A stretch of DNA of 64,000 bases from NCBI RefSeq assembly GCF_963921235.1, contig NC_086097.1, positions 140,122,001-140,186,000 of the forward strand. Reading direction: 5' to 3'. This DNA is from Mobula hypostoma (Eukaryota). The notes beneath the pieces were generated by a model, which saw only the letters and a list, made by a program, of their open reading frames with translations, had not been told where the DNA came from and searched no databases. The translations under genes and the position numbers were made by a program. This document shows positions 38,790-52,202 of this stretch, one piece after another; position 1 is the stretch's first letter, and every line of letters starts with the position of its first letter.

Positions 38790-39060
38790 CTCCCAGGTGA
38801 CTCAAGGATTCCATTTGCTGTTTACACACTGGCTCATACAGACCTGGATGGAGCCAGTCTAATTTCTGCTCTATGTCGAGTTAGCTTATCTCAACCAGGT
38901 TGGCAGTGGGATACTACAGCAAACCTCAAATGGGAATTGGGGAAACTGGTCTGATCTCTATCAGGATGAATCAGCAACAATAGTGAGGCAGGATCTTAAA
39001 AGCCTGGTGTTTAACAAATTACAGCAGTCTTGTTATGCTCAAAAATGATCAACTGCCAAA
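38790..39060 (+). mobile_element. Possible ancient LF-SINE-like remnant
   Basis: gagttagcttatctcaaccaggttggcagtgggatactaca resembles an old SINE core I recall from sharks; highly diverged. Confidence 0.35.
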
Positions 39061-39389
39061 TGAAAATTAGCCAGAGTTTCAAGATTCTATTCTCTGCCAA
39101 ACATGAGTTTTATCCAGGCATTAAGTAGTAAAGAGAGAATGTTAGTCAGGGTGTTATTTTTTCCTCTGTAACTCCTTCTTGACAACCTTAGACCATCAAT
39201 ACCTCAGGCCACTGCTTCCATCATATACTCCCATCCTTTCCTTTACAATGAAAACTTCCAACCACCCTGGTCAGGTGGTTACACTCGTGTTCAGTGGAAG
39301 TGCTGTGGCAGGGCACTGCACTGATATGGTGATACATCACAGTGGCTTTTAAGGATCTAACTAGTGGAACAGAGGAGACTAATGCAAAT

Positions 39390-39620
39390 TAACTTTAAAA
39401 TTTTTGATAAGATCCCACGTAAAAGACTAGCACTAAATTAAATGACACAGGATTGGATGTAATATAATGGATTGGATTGAAAATTGATAGACAGATAGGA
39501 AATAGAGATTAGGGGTAAATGGATCTGTTTCACAATGACTAGTGGAAGGTCAATGGGGTCCATGCTTGGGCTTCCAGCTTTTCACAGTAAATGACTGGGG
39601 AGACTAAATACAATATCTAC
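39390..39620 (+). mobile_element. CR1 RT fragment
   Basis: FDKIPRKRL..KL, WIEN...DRK.RLGVNG and GSMLG-like text. Confidence 0.55.
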
Positions 39621-39626
39621 AATGGA

Positions 39627-40405
39627 TCAAAGTTCAAGGTAAATTTACTATCAAAGTACATATATGTCACCATGAGAAAGACCACACAGGGCAGACAACC
39701 AGTGTGCAAAAGACAACAAATTGTGCAAATACAAAAAGAAAGGAAAAAATAAATACTGTAATAATAATAATATGCTGAATTAAAAGAAATTGAAAGATTT
39801 TGGAACATGAACAAAGGATACATTGTCGAGTAATATACACAACTGGTATGATTTCAAAGGCACTAAACAACAGTATTAAACAATTAGGGCTAAACAGCAA
39901 AATCTATGCAAATCTTCAGAAAGCCACAATACTCAACACCACTAGAAAAGTCTGAAAGTTCCTAGCAATTGACAAATAAACATGCTTGGCTATGCCTATA
40001 CCTCAGATTTTACCAGCTTGTGATAATAATAATAAATAAACAAACAAGCAATAAATATCGAGAACATGAGATGAAGAGTCCTTGAAAGTGAGCCCACAGG
40101 TCGTGGGAATAGTTCAGTGATGGGGCAAGTGAAGTTGCCCTGTAACCTCTCCTGATGGCAGCAGCAAGAAGAGAGAATGGCCAGTTTAGTTGCGGAGGGT
40201 GGGGGTCCCTAATTATGGATGTTGCTTTCCTGTGACAGTGCTTTGTGTAGATGTGTTCAATGGGAGGGCTTTACCCATGATAGTCTGGGCTGTATCCACT
40301 ATTTTTTGCAGCATTTTCTCTTCAAGGGCATTGGTGCTTCCATACCAGGAGGTGATGCAACCAGTCAGGATACTCCCACTACACATCTACAGAAGGGTCT
40401 CTAGA
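39627..40405 (-). mobile_element. Rex1/Babar 3' end, interrupted by a Dong-like piece
   Basis: Tail tcaaagttcaaggtaaatttactatc; similar to 26900-28180. Confidence 0.75.
39771..40035 (+). mobile_element. R4/Dong-clade (RLE) LINE 3' fragment
   Basis: Translates, with one frameshift, to YAELKEIERFWNMNKGYIV/VIYTTGMISKALNNSIKQLGL...NLQKATILNTTRKV*KFL; (AAT)n on both sides. Confidence 0.7.
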
Positions 40406-40429
40406 TTTAGAAGAATAAGAGCAGATCAC

Positions 40430-43397
40430 ACCAAAATAGATGAAATTCCAAGCTAGATATAGGGCTGAAGATGAAGTTGCTGGTTTACAGAGGCAATGAG
40501 TAGTGATGAGAGGCTGTTGATAGGGCAAAATTGCAGTCAACAGGATGAGCTTCAATGTAAAAGACAGACAAAATTGAAAAGGGTGCATGCAGGACTGAAG
40601 GTGGAATAAGGTAGATAAATTTGTAGCACAGTTGTAAATTGGCATGTATGATGTTGTAGGCATCATTGAATCATGGCTAAAAGAAGGTTACAGCTGGCAG
40701 CTTAATGCCCATGCATCAGAAGGACAGGCAAGAAGGCAGAGGGGGTGGTGTCACTCTGTTGGTAAAAAAAATGTAATCAAATCATTAGAAATAGGTGACA
40801 TCAGGTCAGAAGGTGTTGAATCATTGTGGATGGAGCTAAGGAACTGCAAGGGTAAAAAAACCATGATAGGAGTTGCATACAGACCCCCCCCCCCAAACAC
40901 TAGCAAGGAAGTGGCCTGCAAATTACAACGGAAGATAGAAAGTCCATGCCAAAAGGGCAATGTTACAATAGTCATGAGAGATTTCAATATGCAGGTAGAT
41001 TCCAAAAATCAAGGTGGTGCTGGATTCCAAAAGAGAGAATTTCTAGAGTGCCGATGAGATGGCTTTTTAGAGCAGCTCATGGTTGAGCCCACTAGGGGAT
41101 CAACTATTCTGGATTGGATGTTGTGCAATGAACCAGAATTAATTAGAATGCTTGAGGTTAAAGAACCCTTCAGGGTAAGTGAACATAATGTGATCGAATT
41201 CATCCCTGAAATTTGAGAAGGAGAAGCTAAAGTCAGATGGATCAGTATTACAGTAGGATACAGGGAATGACAGAGGAATGAAAGAGGACTTGGCCAGAAT
41301 TGATTGGAAAAGGACACTGGCAGGAGTGACGGTAGAGCAGCAATGGCTGGAATTTCTGGAAGTTATTCAGAAGGCACAGGAGATATATATCCCAAAGAGA
41401 AAGAAATATTCTAAAGGCAAGATGACACAACTGTGGCTAACAAGAGAAGTCAAAGCCAACATAAAAGCCAAAGAGAGGGCATATAATAGAGCAAACATTA
41501 GTGGGAAGTTGGAGGATGGGGAGATTTTAAAAACCAACAGGAGGCAACTAAAAAAATCATTAGGAAAGTAAAGATGGAATACAAAAGTAAGCTAGCCAGT
41601 AATATTAAAGAGGGTACCAAAAGTTTTTCAGATACATGAAGTGTAAAAGTGAGAGTGGATATCGGACAGCTGGAAAATGATGCTGGAGAGGTAGTAATGG
41701 GGGACAAGAAATGGCAGGTGAACTGAATAAGTATTTTGCATCAGTCTTCACTATGGAAGGCATTAGCAGCATTGTGGAAGTTCCAGGTATCAGGGGTCAT
41801 GAAATGTGTGAAGTTACCGTAACTAGAGAGAAGGTTCTTAGGAAACTGAAAGGTCTGAAGGTAGATAAGTCACCTGGACCAGATGGTGTACACCCCAGGG
41901 TTCTGAAAGAGGTGGCTAAAGAGATGTGTAGGCATTAGTAATGATCTTCCAAGAGTCACTAGATTCTGGAATGGTTCTACAAGACTGAAAAATTGCAAAT
42001 GTCACTCCATTCTTCAAGAAGGAAGAGAGGCAGAAGAAAGGAAACTACAGCCAAGTCATTTCAACCTCAGTGGTTGGGAAGATGTTGGAGTCGATTATAG
42101 ACAATAGACAATAGGTGCAGTAGGCCATTTGGCCCTTCGAGCCAGCACCGCCATTCACTGTGATCATGGCTGATCATCCATAATCAGTATCCAGTTCCTG
42201 CCTTATCCCCATAACCTTTGATTCCGCTATCTTTAAGAGCTCTATCCATCTCTTTCTTGAAAGCATCCAGAGACTTGGCCTCCACAGCCTTCTGGGGCAG
42301 AGCATTCCATATATCCACCACTCTCTGGGTGATTATTAAGGGTACTTGGAGGCACTTGATCAAATTGTCAGCATGGTTTCCTCAAGGGAAAATCTATGTT
42401 GGGACCGATTCTTTTTATGTTACGCGTCAATGATCTGGATGATGGAATTGATGGCTTTGTTGCAAAGTTTGACAATATGAAGATAGGTGGAGGGGCAGAT
42501 GGTTTTGAGGAAGTAGAAAGGCTACAGGAGAATTTGGACAGATTGGGAAAATAGGTAAAGAAATGGCAGATGAAATTTAGTGTCGCGAAATGTATGGATA
42601 TGCACTTTGATAGAAGAAATGAAAGGGTTGACTATTCTCTAAATGGAGAGAAAATACTAAAAACTGAGGCTCAAAAGATCTTGGAAGTCCTTGTGCAGGA
42701 TTCTCTAAATGTTAATTTGCAGGTTGAGTCTGTGGTGAGGAAGGCAAATGTGATGTTAGCATTGATTTCAAAAGGACTAAAATATAAAAGCAAGGATGTA
42801 ATGTTGAGACTTCATAGAACACTGGTGAGGTTTCATTTGGAGTATTGTGAGCAGGTCCGTGCCCTTTAGCTTATAAATGATATGCTAAAACTGGAGAGGG
42901 TTCAAAGGAGGTTCACGAGAATGATTTCAGGACTGAATGGCTTGTCATATGAAGAGCATTTGATGGCTCTTGGCCTGTATTCATTAGAATTCACAAGAAT
43001 GAGGGCTGACCTCATTGAAACCTATCAAATGGTAGAAGGCCTTGAAGAGTGGATGTGGAGAGGATGTTTCCTATGATGGGAGAGCCTAAGACCAGAGGAC
43101 ACAGTCTCAGAATAGAACGGCGTCCTTTTAGAATAGAGATAAGGAGGAATTTCTTTAGCCAGAAAGTGGTGAATCTGTAATATTCTTTGCCACAGGCAGC
43201 TATTGAGGCCAAGTCTTTACGTATATTTAAGGCAGAGGTTGATAGATTCTTGGTTGGTCAGGGCATGAAGGAATTCAGAGAGAAGGCGGAAGATCGGGGC
43301 TGAGAAGAAAAATGGATCAGCCATAATGAAATGGCAGAGTAGATTCGATTGGCCAAACAGCCTAATTCTGTGCCTTTTTTTTAATCAACTTATGGTC
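40430..43397 (+). mobile_element. CR1 LINE ORF2 with 3' tail, disrupted
   Basis: YDVVGIIESWL, VAYRPP, KSPGPDGVHPRVLKE, LVRFHLEYC, LERVQRRFTRMI; CR1 tail at about 43300-43397. Confidence 0.92.
42099..42330 (-). mobile_element. Short antisense CR1 3' end inserted into CR1
   Basis: (agacaat)n tail, taggccatttggcccttcgag; gattat repeated at 42093-42098 and 42331-42336. Confidence 0.75.
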
Positions 43398-43599
43398 CTC
43401 TATGTTCTAGGTCATGGGGTGAGACATAGAGGTTTAAGATGAGAAGAAATATCTAAACCTTCAGTAGGTCAGGCAAGATTTCTGGAGAAAGAAACAATCA
43501 CTGGAGACTGAAGGTTTGTAGCAATTCTTTTTGAAAAGCTAATTCTGGGTTGGGAACCTTTCTGGTATGTCCATCTTTTACTGACTACCCCTAATGTCC

Positions 43600-43950
43600 T
43601 TGAGAAGATGGCTGGTGAACTCTCTCTTCAATACTGTAGAGGGTGTTGTGAAGGTACTCCCACAGTTTTGCTGAGGAGAGAATTCTTGGGGGCCAGCAAA
43701 TTATTTCCAAATCAGAATATGTGTGGCTAAGAGGGGAACCCATATTTCCCAACTGTTTTTTATGCCATGGACACCCATCATCAACCAAGGGGTCCGTGGG
43801 CCCTAGGTTGGGAAGCCCTGCTATAGACGGCGCTGGTATTTCCTGCACTTGCTGCCTTGTCCTTCTTGTAGAAGTCATAGGCTTCTGAGGTGCTGTCAGC
43901 AGCATGGGTGAGTAAATGCAGTGCATTCTGTAGATGCTGCACACTGTAAC
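43600..43950 (-). mobile_element. Decayed CR1/L2-type LINE fragment
   Basis: CSIYRMHC..SPMLLTAPQKPMTSTRRTRQQVQE text, resembling a chondrichthyan LINE 3' region as I recall it. Confidence 0.45.
43741..43820. mobile_element. About 80-bp hAT-type MITE
   Basis: Inverted ends ttcccaac...gttgggaa; right end terminates ccctg (cagggg-type TIR); left end decayed. Confidence 0.55.
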
Positions 43951-46900
43951 CATTTGTATAATCACAGTCATAAATGTATAAACATCAGAAATAAAACAAG
44001 CTGACAGATATGTAAGAAAAATACCTTTCCCATGTAATCACAATACCAGCATTAACACAGCCAGAAAATAATGCAAAATAGCCATATAAATACAGCCTAC
44101 AAATGGAAAAAATATGGGTGAAATTTCAGCTGGTTAATATTCAGAGTGAAATTGTAAAGGTGTATGGTTTTATGATTTGATTATGGGGAATAACAGAAAT
44201 ACTATACCAACACCTTCAAAAGCTGCAAGCCGTAATGTCAGTTAAGAACAGGATGAAACTGTAAATAATAAGAAAGTGAATGGCAATGCACTTGATTCAT
44301 AGCGGACCAGGGACAGGTGTTAGATCCTCTTCACTGGAGGATATCCTTGTCTCAGCTGGGTTTTTCTATCAGTCCGAGAGTCATCATAGTGATGTTTGTT
44401 TCAGTACCAGCCTACATTACCTTTGATCAACTGAATTTTGCATCAAATGATAGTGGGATTTTAATTCTTGATATCTGGATTACCAGAATCGCTAACTGAT
44501 TAATTTTCTGAACAAGTACTGGATTCTTTGCAATAAAACATTTTTATAATTGTGAAGAACTCCAAGCTTAATTGTCTCTCAGAGATTTGTTTTTAGACAT
44601 GCATGAATTGCACACAGTTACTGTGGTAACAAACATTCTTTAGTCCCATTACAAACTCTGGTGAAGTCGTAACTTCAAATGGCACAATCAATGAGATTCG
44701 TTAAAAAGGGAAGGAATGAACTCAGACAGGGCACATCCACCCAAATGCGACCGATACTTAATCTTTAGCTGCAGTTGTTGAACAACTGGTCAATTGGCTA
44801 TACTCTGGGAATACTGTAGGGAGGCATTATCATTATTTGGGGGAGTATTGAGAATATGGGGCAGGATCAATTTAGGCTTTTGCTAATATCCACAGGATTC
44901 AAGTTTTAAATTTTAAAATATTCACCTTTTATTTAAATGCTTCCTAACCATATCCCCTCCTCATTCTCTTCAGTCTCCTTCAGCACTACAATGCTCTAAT
45001 TCTGCCTTCACAATTGCCCACTATTTTAATCACTGTAACAACAGCTTCAGCAGCCTGGGACCTAAATTCCCAAATTTCCTCTCTCTCTTCACCTGTAGCA
45101 TTCTCTTAAACCTACCAAAATACTTCCTAATATGGATCAGTGTCAACATTTTGCCTTATAAAGTTCCCATACAGAACGTTGTAGTGTTACTCTACATAAC
45201 TGATAAGAACTCAGCTCTGGGTTTCTGCTGGGTGAGAGTACCTCAATTACCCACTTTTTTTTGTGTACAGACATCCTCATGAAAGGAAGCAGACTCTATT
45301 CAAATTATCACTTTCTGAGAGGCAGGGGACGAGGACTAATAAAAATACAAATGCTATCTGCCACTTGCTTCTGAATGTAGAAGAGATGGACTGGATCTTC
45401 ACACGGTCAAACAGTATAAAGAAACAGCATGCTAAATGTTATTAACATTCAGCCAAGTTCCTAGGAATGGGCATATGCTCAGTTTGATTCAAAATGTTCA
45501 TATCTTGAATCAGCAGAGATCCTTTCATCAATGTGGCTCATCCAAGTTTTAACAAGTCTCTTTTTCCTAGATTTAGATCTGTTCTACATAATTTCATGCT
45601 GTTACTGAATACCACTCTCTCAGAACAAATATACTCTTTGAGCACATCTGATAGGTGATCGATATTGGAAAAACCATTTAATTCTCTCAAGATGTATCAG
45701 CTTGCCAGAATAAATCTTTGAAAATCAATGTACTCCAGGAAACTATGGTGATCTAGTGGATTCTGAAAAAACTGTCTCTACAGCATGAAGCAAATAGTCA
45801 TATCAGTCCGTTCAGTGTAGAGTAGGTTTATCACATTTGTACAGAAATGTATATTCTTCAAATAAACTACAAAACACAAATGACCCAAACAGAACTCGCT
45901 GGTAAAAGGTATGGTATCATGGAGAAGGGACTTAAAAACTGATGATATCAAGTTTCCTCCAAGTCTTCAGAAGTGAACTAGCTTTTTAATAGTGCACCTT
46001 ACCTTCACAGATTAAAAATCTTCCATGCCTGTATATTCTTTGTTAACTTTCCACTCTAAGTTCCAAAAGCAACATTTACAATGGAAGTTGCCAATATAAA
46101 CGCAATAGGCTGTAATTGCACTTGCCCACCAGACGGGGTGCCGCAACCCAACTGCCAATGGGCAAATAACCGCAATATGCTGGTTCACAGGACTAGCTTC
46201 CATTATAAAGGTGGACACAGAAATATAATAACAAAGTGGTAAATGAATTACATCTGCGTGCTCTATCTAAATTATCACCTGCCCTAACTCTGCTTACTTA
46301 CACACAGCACATTGTGCATGCTGGACTCAAAGCAATGCCAAGGGGCACTGACTTGTCCTTCTATAATGTGGCTAATATCAGAGGCAGAAATTAAGCATCC
46401 AAAAATGTGCAGCTCTTTAAAGTATACCTCATTGTCTTTCATAACTGATGATGCACAAGAGACTAATTTTGCAATCTTAAGTCTGAATATGACTACAATA
46501 TTAGTGGCTCACAGAAAATATCAATGGTTTGTCAGAAGCCAAACTACCATACACAAACTGCTAATGTTCTTACAGACTAACCAAAGTTTGTAATAATTCT
46601 TTTATCGTTTCCATATCCGTGCACATTCCTGGTTGCCTGTGCAATACCTCAAAGAATGTATCTTTAACTCTAACCTCAAAAAGGCACTCTCCCCCCGCAG
46701 CAGCCATCAATTTTCATTCCCCACTGTCAGCCAGAACTTGCCCACAGAAAGGTTTGTCTCTTGTTTACTCCTTCAGTCTGTCTGCCTAAAATGTGCTATG
46801 AACAGCTGTACTCTGCCAACTTTACTTCACTCAGGCTCAGTGACAGATTTCCATACATCATTTCTTCATCTGCATCAAGATTTCCAACAAAAATACTAAA

Positions 46901-47179
46901 CACACACAGATATCCACGGAAATGTTCTGAATCAGGCTGGTGATGCCATCAATAAATGCAACTTTAGTAAAATGGTGGAATGTGGTGATAGGGCAAGTTT
47001 TGAAGCAGGGTTTCAACTTTAAATGTCATCAATTCCTTTTCTTCTAAAGATGCTGCTTGACCAACTGAGTTCCTCCAGCTAATTGTAGTCTGAGCTTTTG
47101 TTCATTCCCACATACGGTCTTTCTACGGGAACAATCTAAAACCCATTATTAAAGCACATGACATTCTTTAATGTGAAAA

Positions 47180-47545
47180 GGGAAAGGGGAGGGGAAAAAT
47201 GGGAGGGAAAAATATTAATGGAGGGAAATGCCAATGTTCATGCCATCAGGCTGGAGGCCATCTAGATGGAACATGAGCTTCCACCCTGAGAGTGGCCTCA
47301 TCGTGGCAGAATAGGAGGCCATGGACTGATATATTGGAATGGGAATGGGGTTAGGAATTAAAATGGTTGGGCACTGGGAAATACCACTTTTTGTGGATGG
47401 AGCAGAAGTGCTCGACAAAGTGGTCCTCCATATTTACAGTATTTTGGATCTCATGTTGTAGAGGAGGCTGCATTGGGAGCAATGGATACAGTAGATGACC
47501 CCAACAGATTTGTAGGTGACGTTTTGCCTCACCTGCAAGGACTGC
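47180..47545 (-). mobile_element. Penelope-like GIY-YIG/3' fragment
   Basis: Reverse complement is similar to 62740-63045; a + strand terminus remnant lies at about 46995-47085. Confidence 0.7.
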
Positions 47546-48309
47546 TCAAACTTCGCGCAGTCAGTGAGGTATAACAGGTTGACTAAGTTGTTCACAGGCC
47601 CAACATCAGACTCCTAATCAGGCACAATATGGGATCACTGAGAAGAATGAGGGAACATTTCAAGGATGTTCCCGATGTTCTTATGAGTTGATGGAACATC
47701 CTCATCAGTATGAGGATCCTTGGTCCTTGACTGCTCAAAATGAGGAAGTAGAATATAAAAATAAGCTTGTCAGAAATACAAAACAAAAATCTTCTGCAAT
47801 AATATAAAATAAAAATATTCATGAGGACTACAGTCAGAAAGGGGAGAATTTATAATGTGGAGTTTATGAATTTGTAAGGTAATTAAATAAATATTTTGCT
47901 TTTATTTGACAGATTTGGACACAAATAACTTCCCAAAAATGCTGGAACGAAGTGCCTATGAAAAGGAAGAATTAAAGGAAATTAGCAAAATAAAACTGGA
48001 GAAATTCAAGGGAGTGGAATGGGGGGAAATTGAAAGAACTGGAAAATGGGAAATCCTCAGACCTCATAATCTACATCTGTACAATTTCCTTATCATAAAT
48101 CCATGCAGTAATTGTGCAATCTTGTCCATACTAACTAGGCTGTGGTTCTCTGTTTTCCTCCCTCCTTTTTTCCAGCATTGAGATTACATTGACCATCCCC
48201 CAATCTGCAGGAGCCATTCAATAATCTACAGAATGCTGCGAGATAACCATGACACATTAATTATTTCCATTGCTACTTCTCTCATTCTCTGGGACGCAGA
48301 TTATTAGAG

Positions 48310-48655
48310 CCCACCCACAGTGCAATACTCCTACCCCTCCTACAATTCAGCATTCCCATGGCATTGCCCCTCCTACAGTGTGCTGCTCCTTCAGTACTAG
48401 CTCCACTCTCCTACAGTGTGGTGCTCCTTACCACCCCTCCTTCAGTACTGCTCATCTCATAGTGTGACAGCTCCATGGAATCTTCCCTCCCAGTGTGAGG
48501 CTGCCTCAGTACAGCTCATGTCACAGTGTGATACTCCATTAGTACTGCCCCTTCCTGCAGCACTCTGTCTCTATCACAGTTGAATGTCGGTCTAGATATC
48601 TGCTGAAATATCTGGAGTGTGGCTCTAACTTGTGACCTTTGGACTTGGAGATCAG
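48310..48655 (-). repeat. Decayed copy of the 33-bp minisatellite attached to a tRNA-SINE head
   Basis: cctcagtac...cacagtgtgatactcc units (reverse complement of the 32-33 kb unit), then ctggagtgtggctctaacttgtgacc, a B-box-like head on the minus strand. Confidence 0.55.
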
Positions 48656-49984
48656 CCTAGCTTTTAAATCTGTGACGGGAAAGATATGAATCAATGAAAA
48701 GCAAAAAACTCCAGATGCTGGAAACCTGAAATAAAGACAGAAAATTTTAGAAATGCTCAGCAGGTTAGGCGGCATCTTTTAAGAGAGAAAATGAGTTAAT
48801 ATTGTAGGTTACACACACAAAATACTGGTGCAACGCAGCAGGTCAGGCAGCATTCCTATATATGCTGCCTGGCCTGTTGCGTTCACCAGCGTTTTGTGTG
48901 TGTTGCTTGAATTTCCAGTATCTGCAGATTTCCTCGTGTTTGCGTTTTTTAATATTGTAGGTTATGAGCTTTCATTCAAATTAGAAACCAAGCATGTTGC
49001 AGAGTGGTTAGGATGGAGAGAACAACATGAGTGCCAAACGGGGTGGGCGCAGGAGGATCTGAATGACACAAGTGGTTCTGCTGTTGGCTGGGAGAGAGCA
49101 AAGATAGCTGGTGCACTGTAGCTGACCACTAAATAGAAAGAGATGGGCAAGGATAGAGGAGAGAGAAAATTAAAGTTGGAACTGGGCAATCAAAACATGC
49201 ACTTTAAGGAATTCATGTGATTACCTGGATTTCTATAAAATAACATTCATAATGTGTTGGCAATGCATAAAATGCCCCAGAGAAGCTTGTAGCAAGGGAA
49301 GCAAATGACACTTCGCATCACAGAGACAGGCGACGACCTGATGATTCACAACGGAATTTTAGAGAAGTTAATCTTCAATCAGTGCAGTCCTTTGGAACAA
49401 CAGAGTATATGAGTATTAGTCTACAGTATCTTCTCAGAATTGTCTAGAAGTCAATAACTAACAAAGTCAAGTTAACACCACATACCTTCTCTTCTAGTTT
49501 ACTGTAAATGCTAAAATAGGGCAGCAATCTTCACATGAGACTGGATGTGGCAACTGAGCAGACAGGTGGGCAAGTGTGAACAGTTCAGACACCACCTCTG
49601 ACTGTAGACAGGAGTGGCAGCATAGTTAGGCTCTATCAACTCAATGCAACAACACCAAACTGATTAACCTTCAATTGTTTGATCATTTAATTAAACTCAA
49701 TCACTTCCACACATGCTACAGCATTGTGCAAAAGTCCCTCAGTGTCCTTCACATGGAATAATGTTCTGTTCAAGATCACTGCTGATCAGAACAAAGATTC
49801 TGATTCTTTAAAGACCCGTGATACTCCGACCTATCTTACTTTCAATGGAAAATCAGATCCAAGGAAAAACTGCTCAGGTTTTTACCACCATGGCAGGCTG
49901 GTCCTAAACCTCATTTGAGATCACAAAGAATATCAATATCCCAACCCTTCCTTGTGTCATACCTACTACTGGGAACAGGCAGGA

Positions 49985-52202
49985 GACCTTACAAGGAAAG
50001 GGTGGATGGGCTGGGCTTGCATCCACTGGAGTTGAGAAGAGTGAGAGGGGAGTTGGTTGAAATACCTAAGTTGATGAGCTGCCTTCACAGGGGAAATGTG
50101 GGAAGATTGCTTCCTCTTGTGAGGTAACTTAGAACTAGGGATCACTGTTTAAAAAAACAGGTTGCCTGTTTAAAACAAATGAGGTGGCTATTGCTGAAAG
50201 GGCGGTGGAAGCAGAGTCTCTATATACTTTTCATCAGCCAACATAAAAGCCAAAGAGAGAGCATATAATAGAGCAAAAATTAGTGGCAAGTTAGCAGATT
50301 GGGAGGCTTTTGAAAACCAACAGAAGGCAACTGAAAAAGTAACTAAGAAGGTAAAAATAGAATACAAAAGTAAGCTAGCCAATATTAAAGAGGATACCAA
50401 AAGTTTTTTAAGATACATAAAGTGTAAAAGAGAGGTGAGGGTGGTCATTGAACAGCTGGAAAATGATGCTGGAGATGTAATAATGGGAGACAACAAAATG
50501 GTGGACAAACTGAATAAGTATTTTACATCAGAATTCACTGTGGAAGATGCCAGCAGATTGCTGGAAGTTCCAGGTATCAAGGGGCATGAAATGTATGAAG
50601 TTACCATAACAAGACTGAGGTTCTAGGGAAACTGAAAGGTCTGAGGGTAGATAAGTCACCTGGATCAGATGGTGTACACCCCAGAGTTCTGAAAGAAGTG
50701 GCTGAAGAGATTGTGGAAGCATCAGTGATGATCTTTCAAGAATCACTAGGTTCTGCAATGGGTCTGGGAGACTGGAAAATTTCACATTACTCTTCAAGAA
50801 GGGAGAGAGGCAAAAGAAAGGAAACTATAGGCTAGTTAGTCTGACCTCAGTGGTTAAGATATTGGAATCAATTATTAAGGATGAGGTCTCAGGGTACTTG
50901 GAGGCACATGATAAAATAAGCCATAGTCAGCATGGTTCCCTCAAGGGAAAATCTTCCCTGACAAATTTGTTGGAATTTTTTAAAGAAATAACATGTGGTG
51001 CAAAAAAGGAGAATTGGTTAATGTTGTGTACTTGGATTTTCAGAAGACCCTTGACAAGGCGCCACACGTAAGGCTGCTTAACAAGCTATGAGCCCATGGT
51101 ATTACAGGAAAGATTCTAGTATGGATAAAGCAGAGGCTGGTTGGCAGGAGGCAAAGGGTGGGAATGAAGGGAGCCTTTTCTGGCTGGCCTCTGATGACTA
51201 GTGGTGTTCCACAGGCGTCTGTGTTGGGACTGATTCTTTTTACATTATATATCAATGATTTGGATGATGGAATTGATGGCTTTGTTGCAGAGTTTGTGGA
51301 CGATATGAAGATAGGTGGAGGGGCAGGTAGTTTTGAGAAAGTAGAGAGGCTTCAGAAGGAGTTAGACAGATTAGGAGAATGGGCAAAGAAATGACAAATG
51401 GAATACAGTATCAGGAAGTGTATGGTTACGTACATTGGTAGAAGGAGTGAAAGGATTGACTATTTTCTAAATGGAGGGAAGCTACGAAAAACTGAGGTGC
51501 AAGGGGACTTGGGAGTCCTTGTACAGGATTACCTAAAGATTAATTTGCAAGTTGAGTCTGTGGTGAGGAAGGCAAATGCAATGTTAACATTCATGTCAAG
51601 AGGACTAGAATATGAAAACAAGGATGTAATGTTGAAACTTTATAAAGCTCTGGTGAGGCCTCACTTGGAATACTGTGAGCAGGTTTGAGCACCTTATCTT
51701 GGAAAGGATGTGTTAAAACTGGAGAGGGTTCAAAGGAGGTTCATGAAAATGATTCCAGGATTGAATGGCTTGTCATATGAAGAGTGTTTGATGGCTTTGG
51801 GCCTGTATTCACTAGAATTCAGAAGAATAAGGGTGACCTCATTGAAACCTATTAAATGATGAATGGCCTTGATAGAGTGGATGTGGAGAGGATGTTAGAC
51901 CAGAAGACACAACCTCAGTAAAAGAGGGGTGACCTTTTGGATTGGAGATGAGGAGAAATTTCTTTAGCTAGTAAGTGATGAATCTATGGAATTTTTTTGC
52001 CATAGGCAGCTATGGAGGCCATATCTTTATGTGTATTTAAGGCAGAGGTTGATATATTCTTGATTGGCCAGGGCATGAAGGGACACAGGGAAAGGGCAGG
52101 AGATTGGAGCTGAAAGGAAAATTGGATCAGGCATGATGAAATGGCGGAGCAGACGCAATGGGCCAAATGGCCTAATTCTGCTCTTATATCTTATGGTCTT
52201 AT
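49985..52202 (+). mobile_element. CR1 LINE ORF2 3' half (from about 50235) preceded by an older CR1 fragment
   Basis: SGVPQASVLGLILFTLYINDLD, FVDDMKIGG, LVRPHLEYC; tail tcttatatcttatggtctt. Confidence 0.92.
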
